From positions 5,840,962 to 5,904,961 of the forward strand of contig OZ253939.1 in the NCBI GenBank assembly GCA_965267245.1: a DNA stretch of 64,000 nt. Reading direction: 5' to 3'. The DNA is from Cyclobacteriaceae bacterium (GTDB lineage Bacteria; Bacteroidota; Bacteroidia; Cytophagales; Cyclobacteriaceae). Shown in pieces: positions 1-11,960 of this stretch. The notes below the pieces were generated by a model. That model made no database searches and had not been told where the DNA came from. It saw only the letters and a list, made by a program, of their open reading frames with translations. The position numbers and the translations under genes were made by a program. How positions within the stretch are numbered: the first letter of the stretch is position 1; each line of letters opens with the position of its first letter.

Positions 1-405
1 TACATCAGCGCTTAATAATTTTCCAGCAACAAAGTGATACCTTAATACAAGGCCAATTACGCCACTAGAAATGTCGCTTAAATCAGAAACTCCTAATGAA
101 GCTCTCAGTCTATCAAAGGCAGCATTATTAGGAGCAAATACTGTGTAGTCAGCAGTTCCTTCAATATATCCTTTGAGCTCAGCATCAGCATTTACAAATG
201 TTGTGAATTCTGATAGGTCTGAATCTGCTGCAAGAATCTCAGCAATAGTCATTGTTGGATCCGTTCCATCATCTACCATATCATCAGTTGTTCCATCATC
301 TGTAGGATCTGGCTCATCATCACCACAGCTGGAGATGAATACTAGGCCCGCAAGTGCAAAAAAGATTGCGAGCATTCTTAAGTTGAATAAGCTTGAAACT
401 TTCAT
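1..405 (-). CDS. FAS1 (fasciclin) domain lipoprotein; the C-terminal part lies outside the window
   Basis: Absent from the ORF track because it runs off the window. Reverse complement from the ATG at 403-405 reads MKVSSLFNLRMLAIFFALAGLVFISSCGDDEPD (signal peptide plus lipobox Cys), then DYTVFAPNNAAFDRL and LRYHFVAGK, which are FAS1 signatures. The listed + ORF 173-436 is its antisense shadow. Confidence 0.75.
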   Translation of the reverse strand, partial: MKVSSLFNLRMLAIFFALAGLVFISSCGDDEPDPTDDGTTDDMVDDGTDPTMTIAEILAADSDLSEFTTFVNADAELKGYIEGTADYTVFAPNNAAFDRLRASLGVSDLSDISSGVIGLVLRYHFVAGKLLSADV

Positions 406-633
406 AAATTTTTCTTCAGATTTTTGGTTTAGTTAAAAAATAACGCTTTAAGATTAATATTGTTTTCAATAATTGAACTGATTTGGGTTCAATCCATTCG
501 TTATGCATGCATAACAATTTTTAAAAAAAGTGAAATTTTAGCAGAATTAAAAGTCTTTATAGAGAAATAAGTTACTGTTTCTTCTGGTATTCCACCTTTT
601 ACTAATTTAATATTTTTCTATTTATATAGGTGT

Positions 634-666
634 AAAAAAGTAAAAGCTTCCTTTTTGGAAGCTTTT
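634..666 (-). terminator. Intrinsic terminator downstream of tRNA-Arg
   Basis: 10-bp perfect stem AAAAGCTTCC/GGAAGCTTTT (642-651 and 657-666) with a 5-nt loop, followed on the minus strand by ACTTTTTT. Confidence 0.5.
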
Positions 667-703
667 ATTAGTATCAAATTGATATAATTTCAATAAGTGT
701 ATG

Positions 704-777
704 TGCGTCCGGAAGGATTCGAACCCTCAACCCCCAGAGCCGAAATCTGGTATTCTATCCAGTTGAACTACGGACGC
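704..777 (-). tRNA. tRNA-Arg (anticodon UCG)
   Basis: The 74-nt reverse complement GCGUCCG-UA-GUUC-AACUGGAUA-GAAU-A-CCAGA-UUUCGGC-UCUGG-GGGUU-GAGGG-UUCGAAU-CCUUC-CGGACGC-A folds by hand into a full cloverleaf. The acceptor stem is a perfect 7 bp and the T-loop is UUCGAAU. CCA is not encoded. Confidence 0.85.
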
Positions 778-814
778 AGGATTAAAAATCAGGATGCAAA
801 TATAATGCGATCCA

Positions 815-849
815 TAAAAAAAGAGATACTTCCGTCAAGTATCTCTTTT
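815..849 (-). terminator. Intrinsic terminator of sucC
   Basis: 13-bp perfect stem (819-831 and 837-849) with loop CCGTC. On the minus strand it ends in a 7-U run, about 20 nt after the sucC stop. Confidence 0.65.
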
Positions 850-869
850 AACTGTTATATATTTTCTTG

Positions 870-2081
870 TTAAGAAAGTACTTCTTTCACTTTTGAGGCT
901 GCATCTTTCAATAAAATAGCGGATGAAACTTTCAATCCTGATTCTTCTATGATCTTAGCACCTTCCTCGGCGTTCGTACCTTGTAACCTCACTATAATTG
1001 GCACTTTAATTTCACCAATGTTTTTGTAGGCTTCTACTACTCCATTGGCAACTCTATCACATCTAACGATTCCACCAAAAATATTGATAAGAATGGCTTT
1101 CACGTTAGGGTCCTGCAGGATAATTCTAAATCCAGCCTCTACAGTTTTTGCATTTGCTCCACCTCCCACATCCAGGAAGTTAGCAGGTTCACCACCAGAT
1201 AGTTTGATGATATCCATGGTGGCCATTGCTAGTCCGGCACCATTAACCATACAACCTACATTCCCATCAAGCTTCACATAATTCAAACCTGATTTGCCAG
1301 CTTCAACTTCCAATGGATCCTCTTCCGTAAGGTCTCTCATTTCTGCAAGGTCCTTATGCCTGAAAAGTGCATTATCGTCAAGGTTTACTTTGGCGTCAAC
1401 GGCTAAAATCTTATCATCAGATGTTTTTAGTACCGGATTGATTTCAAACATTGATGAGTCTGTAGCTTCATAAGCACTATACAGTGCATAAATGAACTTA
1501 ACCATCTCTTTAAAGGCATTGCCAGTCAGGCCAAGGCCGAATGCTACCTTTCTAGCTTGAAATCCCTGTAGGCCTACTGCAGGATCAATCCATTCCTTCA
1601 CTATTTTTTCAGGAGTGTTTTCTGCAACTTCTTCAATGTCCATACCTCCCTCAGTAGAAGCCATTATTACATTACAACCTTTGGCTCTATCTAATAGGAT
1701 ACTCAGGTAATATTCTTTAGGGTCTGATTTCCCAGGATAATAAACATCCTGAGCAATCAATACCTTATTGACAGTCTTTCCATCAGGGCCGGTTTGGTGA
1801 GTAACTAACGTTCCACCTAAAATATTTTCTGCTTTAGGGGCTACTTCATCCAGGCTTTTAGCCAGCACAACTCCATTTGAGCCCGTTTGCTGAACTTTCC
1901 CTTTCCCTCTTCCACCAGCGTGGATTTGAGCTTTGATCACATACCAATCTGTACCCGTTTCAGCGTGTAGTTGCTTTGCAGCTTCTACCGCTTTTTCAGG
2001 GTTGTCTGCTACGATTCCTTCCTGGATCTTAACTCCGTAGCTTTTTAATATTTCCTTTGCCTGATATTCGTGAATATTCAT
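870..2081 (-). CDS. sucC: Succinate--CoA ligase (ADP-forming) beta subunit
   Basis: 403 aa. It starts [17 protein letters not shown] and continues with the ATP-grasp region, [13 protein letters not shown], and a C-terminal CoA-ligase domain ([10 protein letters not shown]). This is the textbook SucC pattern. Confidence 0.97.
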   Translation of the reverse strand: MNIHEYQAKEILKSYGVKIQEGIVADNPEKAVEAAKQLHAETGTDWYVIKAQIHAGGRGKGKVQQTGSNGVVLAKSLDEVAPKAENILGGTLVTHQTGPDGKTVNKVLIAQDVYYPGKSDPKEYYLSILLDRAKGCNVIMASTEGGMDIEEVAENTPEKIVKEWIDPAVGLQGFQARKVAFGLGLTGNAFKEMVKFIYALYSAYEATDSSMFEINPVLKTSDDKILAVDAKVNLDDNALFRHKDLAEMRDLTEEDPLEVEAGKSGLNYVKLDGNVGCMVNGAGLAMATMDIIKLSGGEPANFLDVGGGANAKTVEAGFRIILQDPNVKAILINIFGGIVRCDRVANGVVEAYKNIGEIKVPIIVRLQGTNAEEGAKIIEESGLKVSSAILLKDAASKVKEVLS

Positions 2082-2250
2082 TGATGGGGTAGTTTTTTGT
2101 TTGCGAAACTAGTTGATCCGGCTTGTTTAAGCAAGATAAATCATTGACGATTGTCGCAATTCCTCATTTTTCTTAGTTGTATCCTAATCCTCCAAAGTAA
2201 AACAGCATTTAACTGCAACATCTGATTATATTTGTCGCCAAATAAAGGTT

Positions 2251-2904
2251 ATGCTTTCAGTCAATAGGGTGGTTAAATCCTTCGGTCATGTAGAAGTACT
2301 TAAGGGGATTGATCTCAAAATCGAAAAAGGGGAAGTGGTAAGTATCGTCGGTGCTTCTGGTGCCGGGAAAAGTACATTGTTACATATTATGGGGACTTTG
2401 GATTCTCCTGATTCTGGTAGCATCTCTCTAGATGGCATTGATGTTTTTAATCTTAGTAATCAAGCATTGGCCAACTTTCGAAATGAAAAGATGGGCTTTG
2501 TTTTTCAGTTTCATAACCTATTACCTGAATTTACAGCGATTGAAAATATTAGTATTCCAGCCTACATTGGTAAAAAAGACCAGGCTGTCACACACGAAAA
2601 GGCAAAATCTCTACTGCGAACACTTGGCCTTGAAGGAAGGGAACATCATAAACCTGCAGCACTATCTGGGGGAGAACAACAAAGGGTGGCGGTAGCACGT
2701 GCTTTAATCAATGATCCTGCGATTGTATTTGCGGATGAACCTAGTGGTAACCTGGATTCAAAGAATGCTCAGGAACTTCACAAGTTATTTTTTGAATTGA
2801 AAGAAAAGCTGAACCAGACTTTTGTGGTAGTAACCCACAATAATGAATTGGCTGAAATGGCAGATCGTTCACTGGAGATTGTGGATGGGGTAATTGCTTC
2901 CTGA
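2251..2904 (+). CDS. lolD: ABC transporter ATP-binding protein, LolD/MacB-type
   Basis: Walker [26 protein letters not shown] (LolD-type motif), signature [15 protein letters not shown] and Walker B IVFADEP. Confidence 0.85.
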   Translation: MLSVNRVVKSFGHVEVLKGIDLKIEKGEVVSIVGASGAGKSTLLHIMGTLDSPDSGSISLDGIDVFNLSNQALANFRNEKMGFVFQFHNLLPEFTAIENISIPAYIGKKDQAVTHEKAKSLLRTLGLEGREHHKPAALSGGEQQRVAVARALINDPAIVFADEPSGNLDSKNAQELHKLFFELKEKLNQTFVVVTHNNELAEMADRSLEIVDGVIAS

Positions 2905-3733
2905 TTTGAGTAGTGGCGTTCGTTATATGATCATAGCGACATTCACCTTTGCATCGATGAATGTCCTGGTAAAATTACTACCTCACATTCCGGCTGTGGA
3001 AATTATCCTGTTTCGTTCCATTGTTTCTTTTGTGGTGAGTTATGGGATGCTCAAGGCACAAAACGTTTCTGTTTGGGGAAATAATAGAACACTACTGATT
3101 CTTCGAGGTACAACAGGTGCAATAGCATTGATAATGTTTTTTAATCTACTTCAAAATGTACCACTGGCCACTGCTTCGACAATAGCCTATATGGCCCCAA
3201 TATTTACATCAATCATTGGTATAATCTTATTGAAGGAAAAGGTCTGGCCACTACAATGGTTGTTTTTCGCCATCGCATTTGGAGGTGTACTAATCATTCA
3301 GGGATTTGATACAAGAATATCGTTTGACTATCTATTGATTGGTGTAGGGTCCACATTTTTTATGGGATTGGCTTATAACCTCATTCGCAAAATGAAAACT
3401 TCTGAACATCCTTTAGTGATCATTTTTTATTTCCCACTGGTAACAATTCCAATTGTAGGTGTGATGAGTGCCTTCAATTGGGTCCAACCACAGGGAATGG
3501 ATTGGGTTTGGCTCATTGGTGTTGGCTTATTGACCCAAATTGCACAATTCTTCATGACAAAATCCTACCAACGAGAAGCTGTATCAAAAGTATCAATCAT
3601 CAATTATACCAGCATTATTTATGCGTTGCTCTTTGGGTTTGTGTTTTTTGATGAGACATTTAACTTCATTACCTATTGTGGAATGGGTTTATCCATAACC
3701 GGAGTGATTTTAAATGTGATATTTAAGAAGTAA
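2894..3733 (+). CDS. EamA/DMT-family membrane transporter
   Basis: 279 aa with about 10 hydrophobic helices in a two-fold EamA arrangement. It overlaps the lolD stop by 11 nt. Confidence 0.75.
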   Translation: MLPDLSSGVRYMIIATFTFASMNVLVKLLPHIPAVEIILFRSIVSFVVSYGMLKAQNVSVWGNNRTLLILRGTTGAIALIMFFNLLQNVPLATASTIAYMAPIFTSIIGIILLKEKVWPLQWLFFAIAFGGVLIIQGFDTRISFDYLLIGVGSTFFMGLAYNLIRKMKTSEHPLVIIFYFPLVTIPIVGVMSAFNWVQPQGMDWVWLIGVGLLTQIAQFFMTKSYQREAVSKVSIINYTSIIYALLFGFVFFDETFNFITYCGMGLSITGVILNVIFKK

Positions 3734-6700
3734 TTACTTAATGACCCGAATGACTTTACTCCAATCCAAATGATTGAATTTGATCATGTAGTATCCATCT
3801 GGTAACTCATCCAACACTTTTAAAAACTCGTCCACTGTTGATTTAGGCTTAGTGTCAATGGCAGTACCATTTGTAGTCAGAATGCTTATGTTGAGATCTT
3901 CAAAACTGATTCCAGATAAATGGATTTTTGTGTTTTCATTTAGAGGTATTGGATAAATCAAAACATCCCTTTCCAGATTTCCATTGAAATATACAATAGG
4001 ACTATATTCGAACTTTCCATCATAATCGACTTGTCTAAGCCTATAGTAAGCTGATTGCGTATTGTGATCGATGAAGCTGTAAGTATGTAGATCAGAAGTA
4101 GTTCCATTTCCGGGTACTTTTCCAATAACGTCAAATTTATACCCTTCTCTAGATCGCTGAATTTCAAAATAATCATTATTGATTTCAGATGCAGTGGACC
4201 AGTTCAAATGGGCCGAACCATTATTTTCAGTGACATCAAAATCAATAAGTTCCACTGGTAAAGGATTTTCAACTGCAGAATTTGAAGCAAAAGTGAATGG
4301 ACTAAAGCTTGTCACAGCTGTGGCTGACTCTACAAATCCCGGATCCACGTCACCACTATTAGCTCCATTTCCCTGACTCTCCCATTGTCCACCTGTATAA
4401 TGGGCAACTAATAATTCAGCCGCTGAAGTAATAGCGCTTCCGCTTTGTGTATTCCAGTAAAGTCTTACCTGAGCGGCATCAGTACCTGCTGTTTGCTGAA
4501 CGTCCCAGTATTCCAATTCGCTTACATTATTGAGTGTTCCTGTATTTATATTAGTCACATCAGAATATGCTGCTGTAAAGGCCTGACCCTGAAAAGTAGA
4601 TCCTCCGGTCGCAGTAGGTGTGATTCCAAGACGCTTGTAAGTTGTTCCGCTACCAATTGGGAAATCGTAAAGACCAGTAGTATTCGTTTGCCTGGCAAGT
4701 AAACCATTGATGAAACTATCAGAGGACCCTCCTGAAAGGCCTCCAGTTGCAGTATTTGTAATTGTAACAACATTTGCACCTGTCCCCACAATACCATCTG
4801 TTAAGGTAAGTAAGGTGCTCACAGAAATATTGCTACTTACTGAAATGGCATCAGATCCATCTAAAGTATTGTTAATCGTGAGATTAGGAATCGTCCAGGT
4901 TCCTGATACTGTTTGGTTTGCTGATCCGTCTAGTGTAATTGTCCCAGTTGAGGTTAGTGTGCCTGCAGTATAGGTTAGGTCACCTGCAACAGTCATACTA
5001 TTTGTCCCCATGGCAAAAGTTCCACTGGTGAGTGTAAAAACATCATTTACATCAATGCTGGCAGTGAGGGTTTTTGTACCATCCTGTATCTCAAGGTTTT
5101 GATAGTTACTAGAAGGTACTTTAACATTTGCAGCAGCTGTGGTATTGTAAATGACACTATTTCCAGAAGTACTTGCATTCAATACTCCAGTAGTCAATAT
5201 GTCTCCTCCGATTGTAAGGGTAGAATTTGATGAATTTGTCCAGGTGCTAGTACCGTCACCTCCAGAAATGTCACCTGCCACATCTATTGACCCAGTATTT
5301 GTGACTGTTAACCCATTGTCAATAAACATTGTAATGGTTGAACCAAAGCTGATAACCGCAGAAGATGCTATAGTTTTACCAGCGTTGAAGATATTAATGT
5401 CTCCAGCACTCGCTCCAGAAATAGTTCCCGTTCCATCAATCTCGGCTTGTGGACTTGATAAGGAACTGGTGAGGTCAATTGAACACCCTGAAGAGTTGAA
5501 ATCTATCAAACCGGCAGGACCAACAAATAAATCACCGCTTACTGTTAATGTTCTATTGTTACCGGTAAATCTCAATGTTCCATTCACTATTAAATTCTCG
5601 ATTGATTCATTGGTGTTAATTTCAACTACGTCTCCTGCCAAGATCCTGGCACTTTCACTAGATAAAGGAGTTGCAGCGGATTCCCAGGTAGAGCCTGTAC
5701 CCCAATTCCCAGTACCACCAGAAAGATCTGTATCCAAAATAACATACTTTGTTACGTTTAGTACGGTTGCCGATGAAGCAGAGCAACTTGGAGTGGTTTT
5801 AGTGGCCGTTACGCTTACAGATCCAGCCCCATTGTCGCCCCAATCTACAGTTATTGATGTCAGATCAGCAATAGCACCGGTTGGGTTCGTTTGCCCGTCA
5901 ATTGTACCACCTACAACAGTCCAATTATAAGAGGTATTGGCATCACCGGTTAAGGAGTATGCAATATCAGTTGAATTTTCTGCGACGACAGTTTTTCCAG
6001 ATATACTAGCTGGATCAATTGAGTTAATATTAACATCCAGTGTAACTTCATTAGAGCTGGTACAACCATTTCTTTCAACAACACTTACTGATCCAACCTG
6101 ACCAGTGCTTCCCCAATCCACTGAGATTGAGTTTAAATTGGTTACAAAACCTGTTGGGTTCGTTTGCCCGTCAATTGTACCACCTACGACAGTCCAGTTG
6201 TATTCATTACCACTGTTTAGCGTAGCGGAATAGCTATCATTTGTATCGCTCGTACAAACTTCGGTTGTTCCGGAAATTGATGGATCAGACGGGCCACTAC
6301 AATTTGTGTCATCAGCAAAAGCAAAATGAGCTCCAAATGTGGCTATTGAAGTTCGGAATAATTGATCTCCTGATCGTGCACTATTGCTGCCTTCAGCAGC
6401 CCAGTTTGAACCGGCATTGGCACGGGTAACGATACGGGTTTGGTCTTCTATCGTAAAAGATGAGAAGCCGGTTCCTGTTGCATCTACATTATAGATCTGA
6501 TTCATTCCTGTGAGTGAAATAGTTCCACTTACATCCCAATACCCCTCGTTAAAAGCATTATATAATGTCACGTCATCCGTAATGGGAAAGCCGCTTGATC
6601 CGGGATCAGAACTTACAAATGATACTGATACAGTACCGGCATTGATATTAGATGCCGGACTAAAATCAATGTTGAATGGCCTATGGTTACTTGATGTACC

Positions 6701-8065
6701 GATTGGAAATAAATAGGAGTTAAGATTAGAAACATACTGTGTAAAGGTACCAAGTATTGTTCCTGACGTCCAGCTAAGGGAACCCTCGGCACCTGATCCC
6801 AAAGAAAGCGTATTACCAGAGGTTTGAATATTACCAGAGGTCATGGTTAGTGTACCAGTAACAATAACATCTTCATTCAAATTGAGAGTTCCGGCACTTT
6901 TATTTACTGTCACATTCACGAAATCTGTCGAATTCGTTGTTACTGATTGATCACTTGAACCATTAAATGTTACAGTAGCTATATTTGAAATAGTTGCACT
7001 ATTAGTCCAATTTCCTCCAATGTTTATATTTTGGCTATTAAGATCAAGTGTACCACCATCTATTGTGAGGTTACCATCAAGAGTGAGTGTGGTTGTAGGG
7101 AAAGTTTTTGTTCCTGTTCCGGAGATTACCAGGTTTTCATAAGTTGATGATGAGGGATCTTTGATGGTTTGTGGATCACTTCCATTATATTCCACCGTAT
7201 TTCCACTGTTAGTACTAGCATCCAAAACACCTGTTAATAGCATGGACCCATCTAATTCCACTGAAGCGTTGCTTCCCATTGTAAGTTGTGAAGAACCATT
7301 GCCTCCTACAATATTACCACTCCGGACAATTAGATCACCATTTACTGTAAATAATATGCTATTTGCAATATTTACGCTGTTGACCACTGTAAGGCTAGAT
7401 CCCGATTCAAGCGTTGTTGTCGCATTTATATTGAGAGATTCACCTCCCAGGCTGGCATCTATTGTTCCTGAGCCAGAGAGTGAAATAGGCCCAGTAGACA
7501 AAGTTAAATCATCACCAGTTTTGTTAAGTAAAAGAGTCCCGTTTACTGTAAGCTGACTAGTTACTGTGATGTCTTTGTTGTTATCAGTATCTAGGACGCT
7601 TCCAGCATCAATTGTAAGATCGTCAATTGTATTGTTATTAGCAGTTACGGTATGACCTTTAATAAGAATAGCCCTATCGCTTGTACCCGGTGAGGACCCA
7701 TTTAACCAGGTGGATCCCGTTCCCCAGTTTCCAGTTTGTACACTAATAAATGGGGTAATTGAACCTCCTGAATTTTCTGCAGAAAGAGTAAAGCCGTTAT
7801 AATCAAAAATTCCACCTGCGTTTATTGTAAATGCATCAATTGTTGAGTTGCTTGCAAGAGTTACAGTATGACCAGCTGATATTGTTATATCATCATCACC
7901 GTTATCATCTGGATAATCAGTCCCGGCAACACCCGGACTTGTATTACCCCAGGTGGCTCCATCTTCCCAGCTACCAGATTGTACAGAAGTAAAAGAGGTC
8001 TGCGCCTGTAAAAGGGTACTCAACAGAAAGAAAACAAAAATTAGAGCTAGTTGAAGTGTTTTCAT
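3734..8065 (-). CDS. Large T9SS-secreted surface repeat protein (adhesin-like)
   Basis: 1443 aa with an N-terminal signal peptide (MKTLQLALIFVFFLLSTLLQAQ) and a Thr/Ser/Gly/Asn-rich beta-repeat body. Two PKD-like units contain YNWTVVGGTIDGQTNPTG. The C-terminus is a Por/T9SS sorting domain (VLIYPIPLNENTKIHL...YYMIKF...VIRVIK). Confidence 0.85.
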   Translation of the reverse strand: MKTLQLALIFVFFLLSTLLQAQTSFTSVQSGSWEDGATWGNTSPGVAGTDYPDDNGDDDITISAGHTVTLASNSTIDAFTINAGGIFDYNGFTLSAENSGGSITPFISVQTGNWGTGSTWLNGSSPGTSDRAILIKGHTVTANNNTIDDLTIDAGSVLDTDNNKDITVTSQLTVNGTLLLNKTGDDLTLSTGPISLSGSGTIDASLGGESLNINATTTLESGSSLTVVNSVNIANSILFTVNGDLIVRSGNIVGGNGSSQLTMGSNASVELDGSMLLTGVLDASTNSGNTVEYNGSDPQTIKDPSSSTYENLVISGTGTKTFPTTTLTLDGNLTIDGGTLDLNSQNINIGGNWTNSATISNIATVTFNGSSDQSVTTNSTDFVNVTVNKSAGTLNLNEDVIVTGTLTMTSGNIQTSGNTLSLGSGAEGSLSWTSGTILGTFTQYVSNLNSYLFPIGTSSNHRPFNIDFSPASNINAGTVSVSFVSSDPGSSGFPITDDVTLYNAFNEGYWDVSGTISLTGMNQIYNVDATGTGFSSFTIEDQTRIVTRANAGSNWAAEGSNSARSGDQLFRTSIATFGAHFAFADDTNCSGPSDPSISGTTEVCTSDTNDSYSATLNSGNEYNWTVVGGTIDGQTNPTGFVTNLNSISVDWGSTGQVGSVSVVERNGCTSSNEVTLDVNINSIDPASISGKTVVAENSTDIAYSLTGDANTSYNWTVVGGTIDGQTNPTGAIADLTSITVDWGDNGAGSVSVTATKTTPSCSASSATVLNVTKYVILDTDLSGGTGNWGTGSTWESAATPLSSESARILAGDVVEINTNESIENLIVNGTLRFTGNNRTLTVSGDLFVGPAGLIDFNSSGCSIDLTSSLSSPQAEIDGTGTISGASAGDINIFNAGKTIASSAVISFGSTITMFIDNGLTVTNTGSIDVAGDISGGDGTSTWTNSSNSTLTIGGDILTTGVLNASTSGNSVIYNTTAAANVKVPSSNYQNLEIQDGTKTLTASIDVNDVFTLTSGTFAMGTNSMTVAGDLTYTAGTLTSTGTITLDGSANQTVSGTWTIPNLTINNTLDGSDAISVSSNISVSTLLTLTDGIVGTGANVVTITNTATGGLSGGSSDSFINGLLARQTNTTGLYDFPIGSGTTYKRLGITPTATGGSTFQGQAFTAAYSDVTNINTGTLNNVSELEYWDVQQTAGTDAAQVRLYWNTQSGSAITSAAELLVAHYTGGQWESQGNGANSGDVDPGFVESATAVTSFSPFTFASNSAVENPLPVELIDFDVTENNGSAHLNWSTASEINNDYFEIQRSREGYKFDVIGKVPGNGTTSDLHTYSFIDHNTQSAYYRLRQVDYDGKFEYSPIVYFNGNLERDVLIYPIPLNENTKIHLSGISFEDLNISILTTNGTAIDTKPKSTVDEFLKVLDELPDGYYMIKFNHLDWSKVIRVIK

Positions 8066-8258
8066 ACTATAAAATAGTCAAGTTTTTAGATAAATATCCT
8101 AAATAAACCCGAATTGATAGTTCAAATTCGTTTAAGACATACTATTTCTCGATGAACATGCGAATATTGTTGTTGGTTGAACAATTGGATTATCGCTAAA
8201 TGTCAAATTAAGTCACCATATTTCGGGGTTCCCTCGAGTAACCCCTATTTTTGATAAT

Positions 8259-10679
8259 ATGAAGATTAAACTATTTATACTCGTCTTACTCATAAGTTCA
8301 ACTGTAACCGTCGCTCAGGACATCTCAATTACCTTCCAGGTAAACATGAGCTATCAGATTGATGAGGGGAATTTTGATCCCGAAAATGAATTCGTTGATA
8401 TCGCGGGGACATTCAATAGCTGGGGAGGAACCGTCACGCCTCTAAGTGACGCGGAGAATGACAGCATTTGGGAAGTTACTGTAGATGGTTTCACAGCTGG
8501 AGAAACCATTGAATTCAAATTCCGGTATAATGGAGCATGGGATGACCGTGAAGAATTTCCAGGAACCGGAAATAACAGGGTTCACGAAGTAGCCGCTGAG
8601 GATGAAACGCTTTATTTCTGGTACAATGATGAAGAACCCCCGACTGGTCCGGCTGTTGCAGGATTGGAGGTTTCCTCCCAACAGGTTTTTGTAGGGGGAA
8701 GTGTATCGTTCCTGAGTACATCAAGTGGTTATGTTAAGAATATCAGTTGGTCTTTTGAAGGTGGAGATCCTGTTTCTGCTGAAGACACTGATGAAGTAAC
8801 AGTCTTTTATGATGAGATAGGAGCATATGATGTTCAACTCGTTGTGAGTCATGATTTTTCCAGTGATACATTGACACTGGTAGGCTTCATCACTGTGACA
8901 GAACAGGACACAGAGCAGCTGGCCTGGTGGAATGATGGAGTTTTCTATGAGATTTTTGTGAGGAGTTTTTATGACAGTGATGGAGACGGCATTGGAGATT
9001 TCCAGGGAATTATTGAAAAACTGGATTATCTCAATGACGGAGATCCGGAAACTGATACAGATTTAGGAATAACTGGGATTTGGCTCATGCCAATTCACGA
9101 ATCTCCAAGTTACCATGGCTATGATGTAAATGATTACCGTTCTATCAACCCAGATTATGGAACTATGGCTGATTTTAGGGAGTTCCTGGATGAAGCTCAT
9201 GATAGAGGAATTAAAGTAATAATTGATCTGGTTCTAAACCATACATCAACCGAAATAGACTGGTTTCAGGAGGCTACTGCTTCCGTAGATGCTGATAAAC
9301 GAAACTGGTACCGCTGGAGTGAAACCAAACCTTCGTATTCCGGGCCCTGGGGACAGGAGGTATGGCATAATAGTTCTCATGGGTATTACTACGGATTGTT
9401 TTGGGGAGGAATGCCAGACTTGAATTATGAAGAACCTGAAGTAAAGGCAGAGATGTTTGATATTGCTGAATACTGGCTGGAAGATATTGGAATTGATGGA
9501 TTCAGGTTGGATGCAGTAAAATACATTTACGAAGAGGGAGACAAACTAGAAGACCTTGTGGCCACTCATGATTTCTGGAACGAATTCAATTCTGTAGTAA
9601 AAGCGGCCAATGAGCAATCACTCACAGTAGGAGAGGCCTGGACTAGCACTGAGAAAGTAGTTCCTTATGTTCTTAATGATAGACTGGATTTTTGTTTTGA
9701 TTTTGAATTGCTTGACCACATGGGACAAACTTTTAATAACGAATCAGCCGGTCCACTTAGTTTTCATGTAAATAAAATGTTGAACAGCTATCCTTATTAC
9801 CAGTTTGGTACGTTTCTCACCAATCACGATCAAAACAGGATAATGGACCTGACAGATGAAAATCCAGAAATAATGAAGTTAGTTTCTTCTGTTTATTTGA
9901 CGTTACCAGGAATTCCATTCATTTATTATGGGGAGGAGGTAGGTATGACAGGGGTAAAGCCTGATGAGAATATCAGAAGACCCATGTCCTGGAGTGGAGG
10001 AGCAAATGCTGGATTTTCCACAGTCACACCATGGAATGGCCCGGCAGGTAATTATCAGACATTCAACGTTGAAGATGAGGATAGAGATGAAGGTTCTTTG
10101 CTGAATTGGTACAGGAATTTGGTTAACCTTAGAACCAGTGAACCAGCCCTGGGGAGAGGGAATTACAGGGAAATTGACTTGGAAAACGGACAATTGTACG
10201 CCTATATGAGAGAAGACGGTGACGATCAATTCTTAATGGTGATCAACACCGGTGAATCAGAAATCAATTTCACATTGAACAACACAATTTTAGAAACAGC
10301 TGAAGACGAAGACTTTTTCATCGATTTACTACATGATGAGGGGTATGAGATTGTGGCTGGTGCTGTAGATTTTGAAATTCCAGGGTATACTTCAATGTTA
10401 TTAAAAGCTGGAACAGTGATTCCTACAGGAGCTCAGTATCAGATCACAACCAATGTGTCAATTTACCCTAATCCATCACAAGGATTTTTTCAATTAAAAG
10501 TTAACCAATCTGAATACAAGCAGTATAGTATTCTGGATGGGATGGGAAGAGCTATCAGGACAGGAGAGATTTATTCCGGTTTGGCTAAAATTGATTTGAA
10601 AGCTGTTTCCAGGGGAGTGTATATTGTGCAAGTGAGTTCAGGTGAATCCACAATATCTAAACGATTGGTATTAAAATAA
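8259..10679 (+). CDS. Secreted GH13 alpha-amylase-family glycosidase with N-terminal binding module, PKD-like domain and T9SS C-terminal domain
   Basis: GH13 regions I-IV are all visible: DLVLNHTS, GFRLDAVKY, VGEAW and FLTNHDQNR. There is a signal peptide, and the C-terminus VSIYPNPSQGFFQLKV...GVYIVQV...RLVLK is a T9SS sorting domain. Confidence 0.9.
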   Translation: MKIKLFILVLLISSTVTVAQDISITFQVNMSYQIDEGNFDPENEFVDIAGTFNSWGGTVTPLSDAENDSIWEVTVDGFTAGETIEFKFRYNGAWDDREEFPGTGNNRVHEVAAEDETLYFWYNDEEPPTGPAVAGLEVSSQQVFVGGSVSFLSTSSGYVKNISWSFEGGDPVSAEDTDEVTVFYDEIGAYDVQLVVSHDFSSDTLTLVGFITVTEQDTEQLAWWNDGVFYEIFVRSFYDSDGDGIGDFQGIIEKLDYLNDGDPETDTDLGITGIWLMPIHESPSYHGYDVNDYRSINPDYGTMADFREFLDEAHDRGIKVIIDLVLNHTSTEIDWFQEATASVDADKRNWYRWSETKPSYSGPWGQEVWHNSSHGYYYGLFWGGMPDLNYEEPEVKAEMFDIAEYWLEDIGIDGFRLDAVKYIYEEGDKLEDLVATHDFWNEFNSVVKAANEQSLTVGEAWTSTEKVVPYVLNDRLDFCFDFELLDHMGQTFNNESAGPLSFHVNKMLNSYPYYQFGTFLTNHDQNRIMDLTDENPEIMKLVSSVYLTLPGIPFIYYGEEVGMTGVKPDENIRRPMSWSGGANAGFSTVTPWNGPAGNYQTFNVEDEDRDEGSLLNWYRNLVNLRTSEPALGRGNYREIDLENGQLYAYMREDGDDQFLMVINTGESEINFTLNNTILETAEDEDFFIDLLHDEGYEIVAGAVDFEIPGYTSMLLKAGTVIPTGAQYQITTNVSIYPNPSQGFFQLKVNQSEYKQYSILDGMGRAIRTGEIYSGLAKIDLKAVSRGVYIVQVSSGESTISKRLVLK

Positions 10680-10693
10680 AATTGGTACTAAAT

Positions 10694-10725
10694 AAAAAGG
10701 TCTGATTTGACTCAGACCTTTTCTT
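10694..10725. terminator. Bidirectional hairpin terminator between the amylase gene and gap
   Basis: AAAAAGGTCTGA-tttgac-TCAGACCTTTT has A/T runs on both sides and lies between convergent genes. Confidence 0.55.
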
Positions 10726-10747
10726 AAACTAATTCTTTACTGGATAA

Positions 10748-11812
<1,065 letters not shown>

Positions 11813-11879
11813 TTATGTGCTAAAGTATCATTAACAATAGGGCTCTAAAGATTTTTTTTAATTTTTTTTAGGGTGACTT

Positions 11880-11909
11880 TTGCTTTTTAAAATGATGCGG
11901 ATATCTTTG
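11880..11909 (+). promoter_or_regulatory. Candidate Bacteroidota sigma-A promoter for tRNA-Glu
   Basis: TTG (11880-11882), a 19-nt spacer, then TATCTTTG (11902-11909). This fits the -33 TTG / -7 TAnnTTTG consensus and lies about 50 nt upstream of the tRNA. Confidence 0.35.
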
Positions 11910-11960
11910 CACCACCAAAACGGAAAAGGGGTTTAAAAAACACCAGATTCGTTGTCTATT

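Noticed and set aside
173-436. 87-aa + strand ORF (MSSASAFTNVV...).
   Set aside because: It is low-complexity and lies antisense to a convincing FAS1 lipoprotein gene on the minus strand (1-405), so it is a shadow ORF.
4179-7556. Many + strand ORFs (for example 5151-5930, 259 aa; 7161-7556, 131 aa) opposite the 1443-aa T9SS protein gene.
   Set aside because: The long Thr/Ser/Gly/Asn-rich repeat gene has few stop codons in its antisense frames. The antisense products are Pro/Val/Ser-rich low-complexity strings with no signal or domain pattern.
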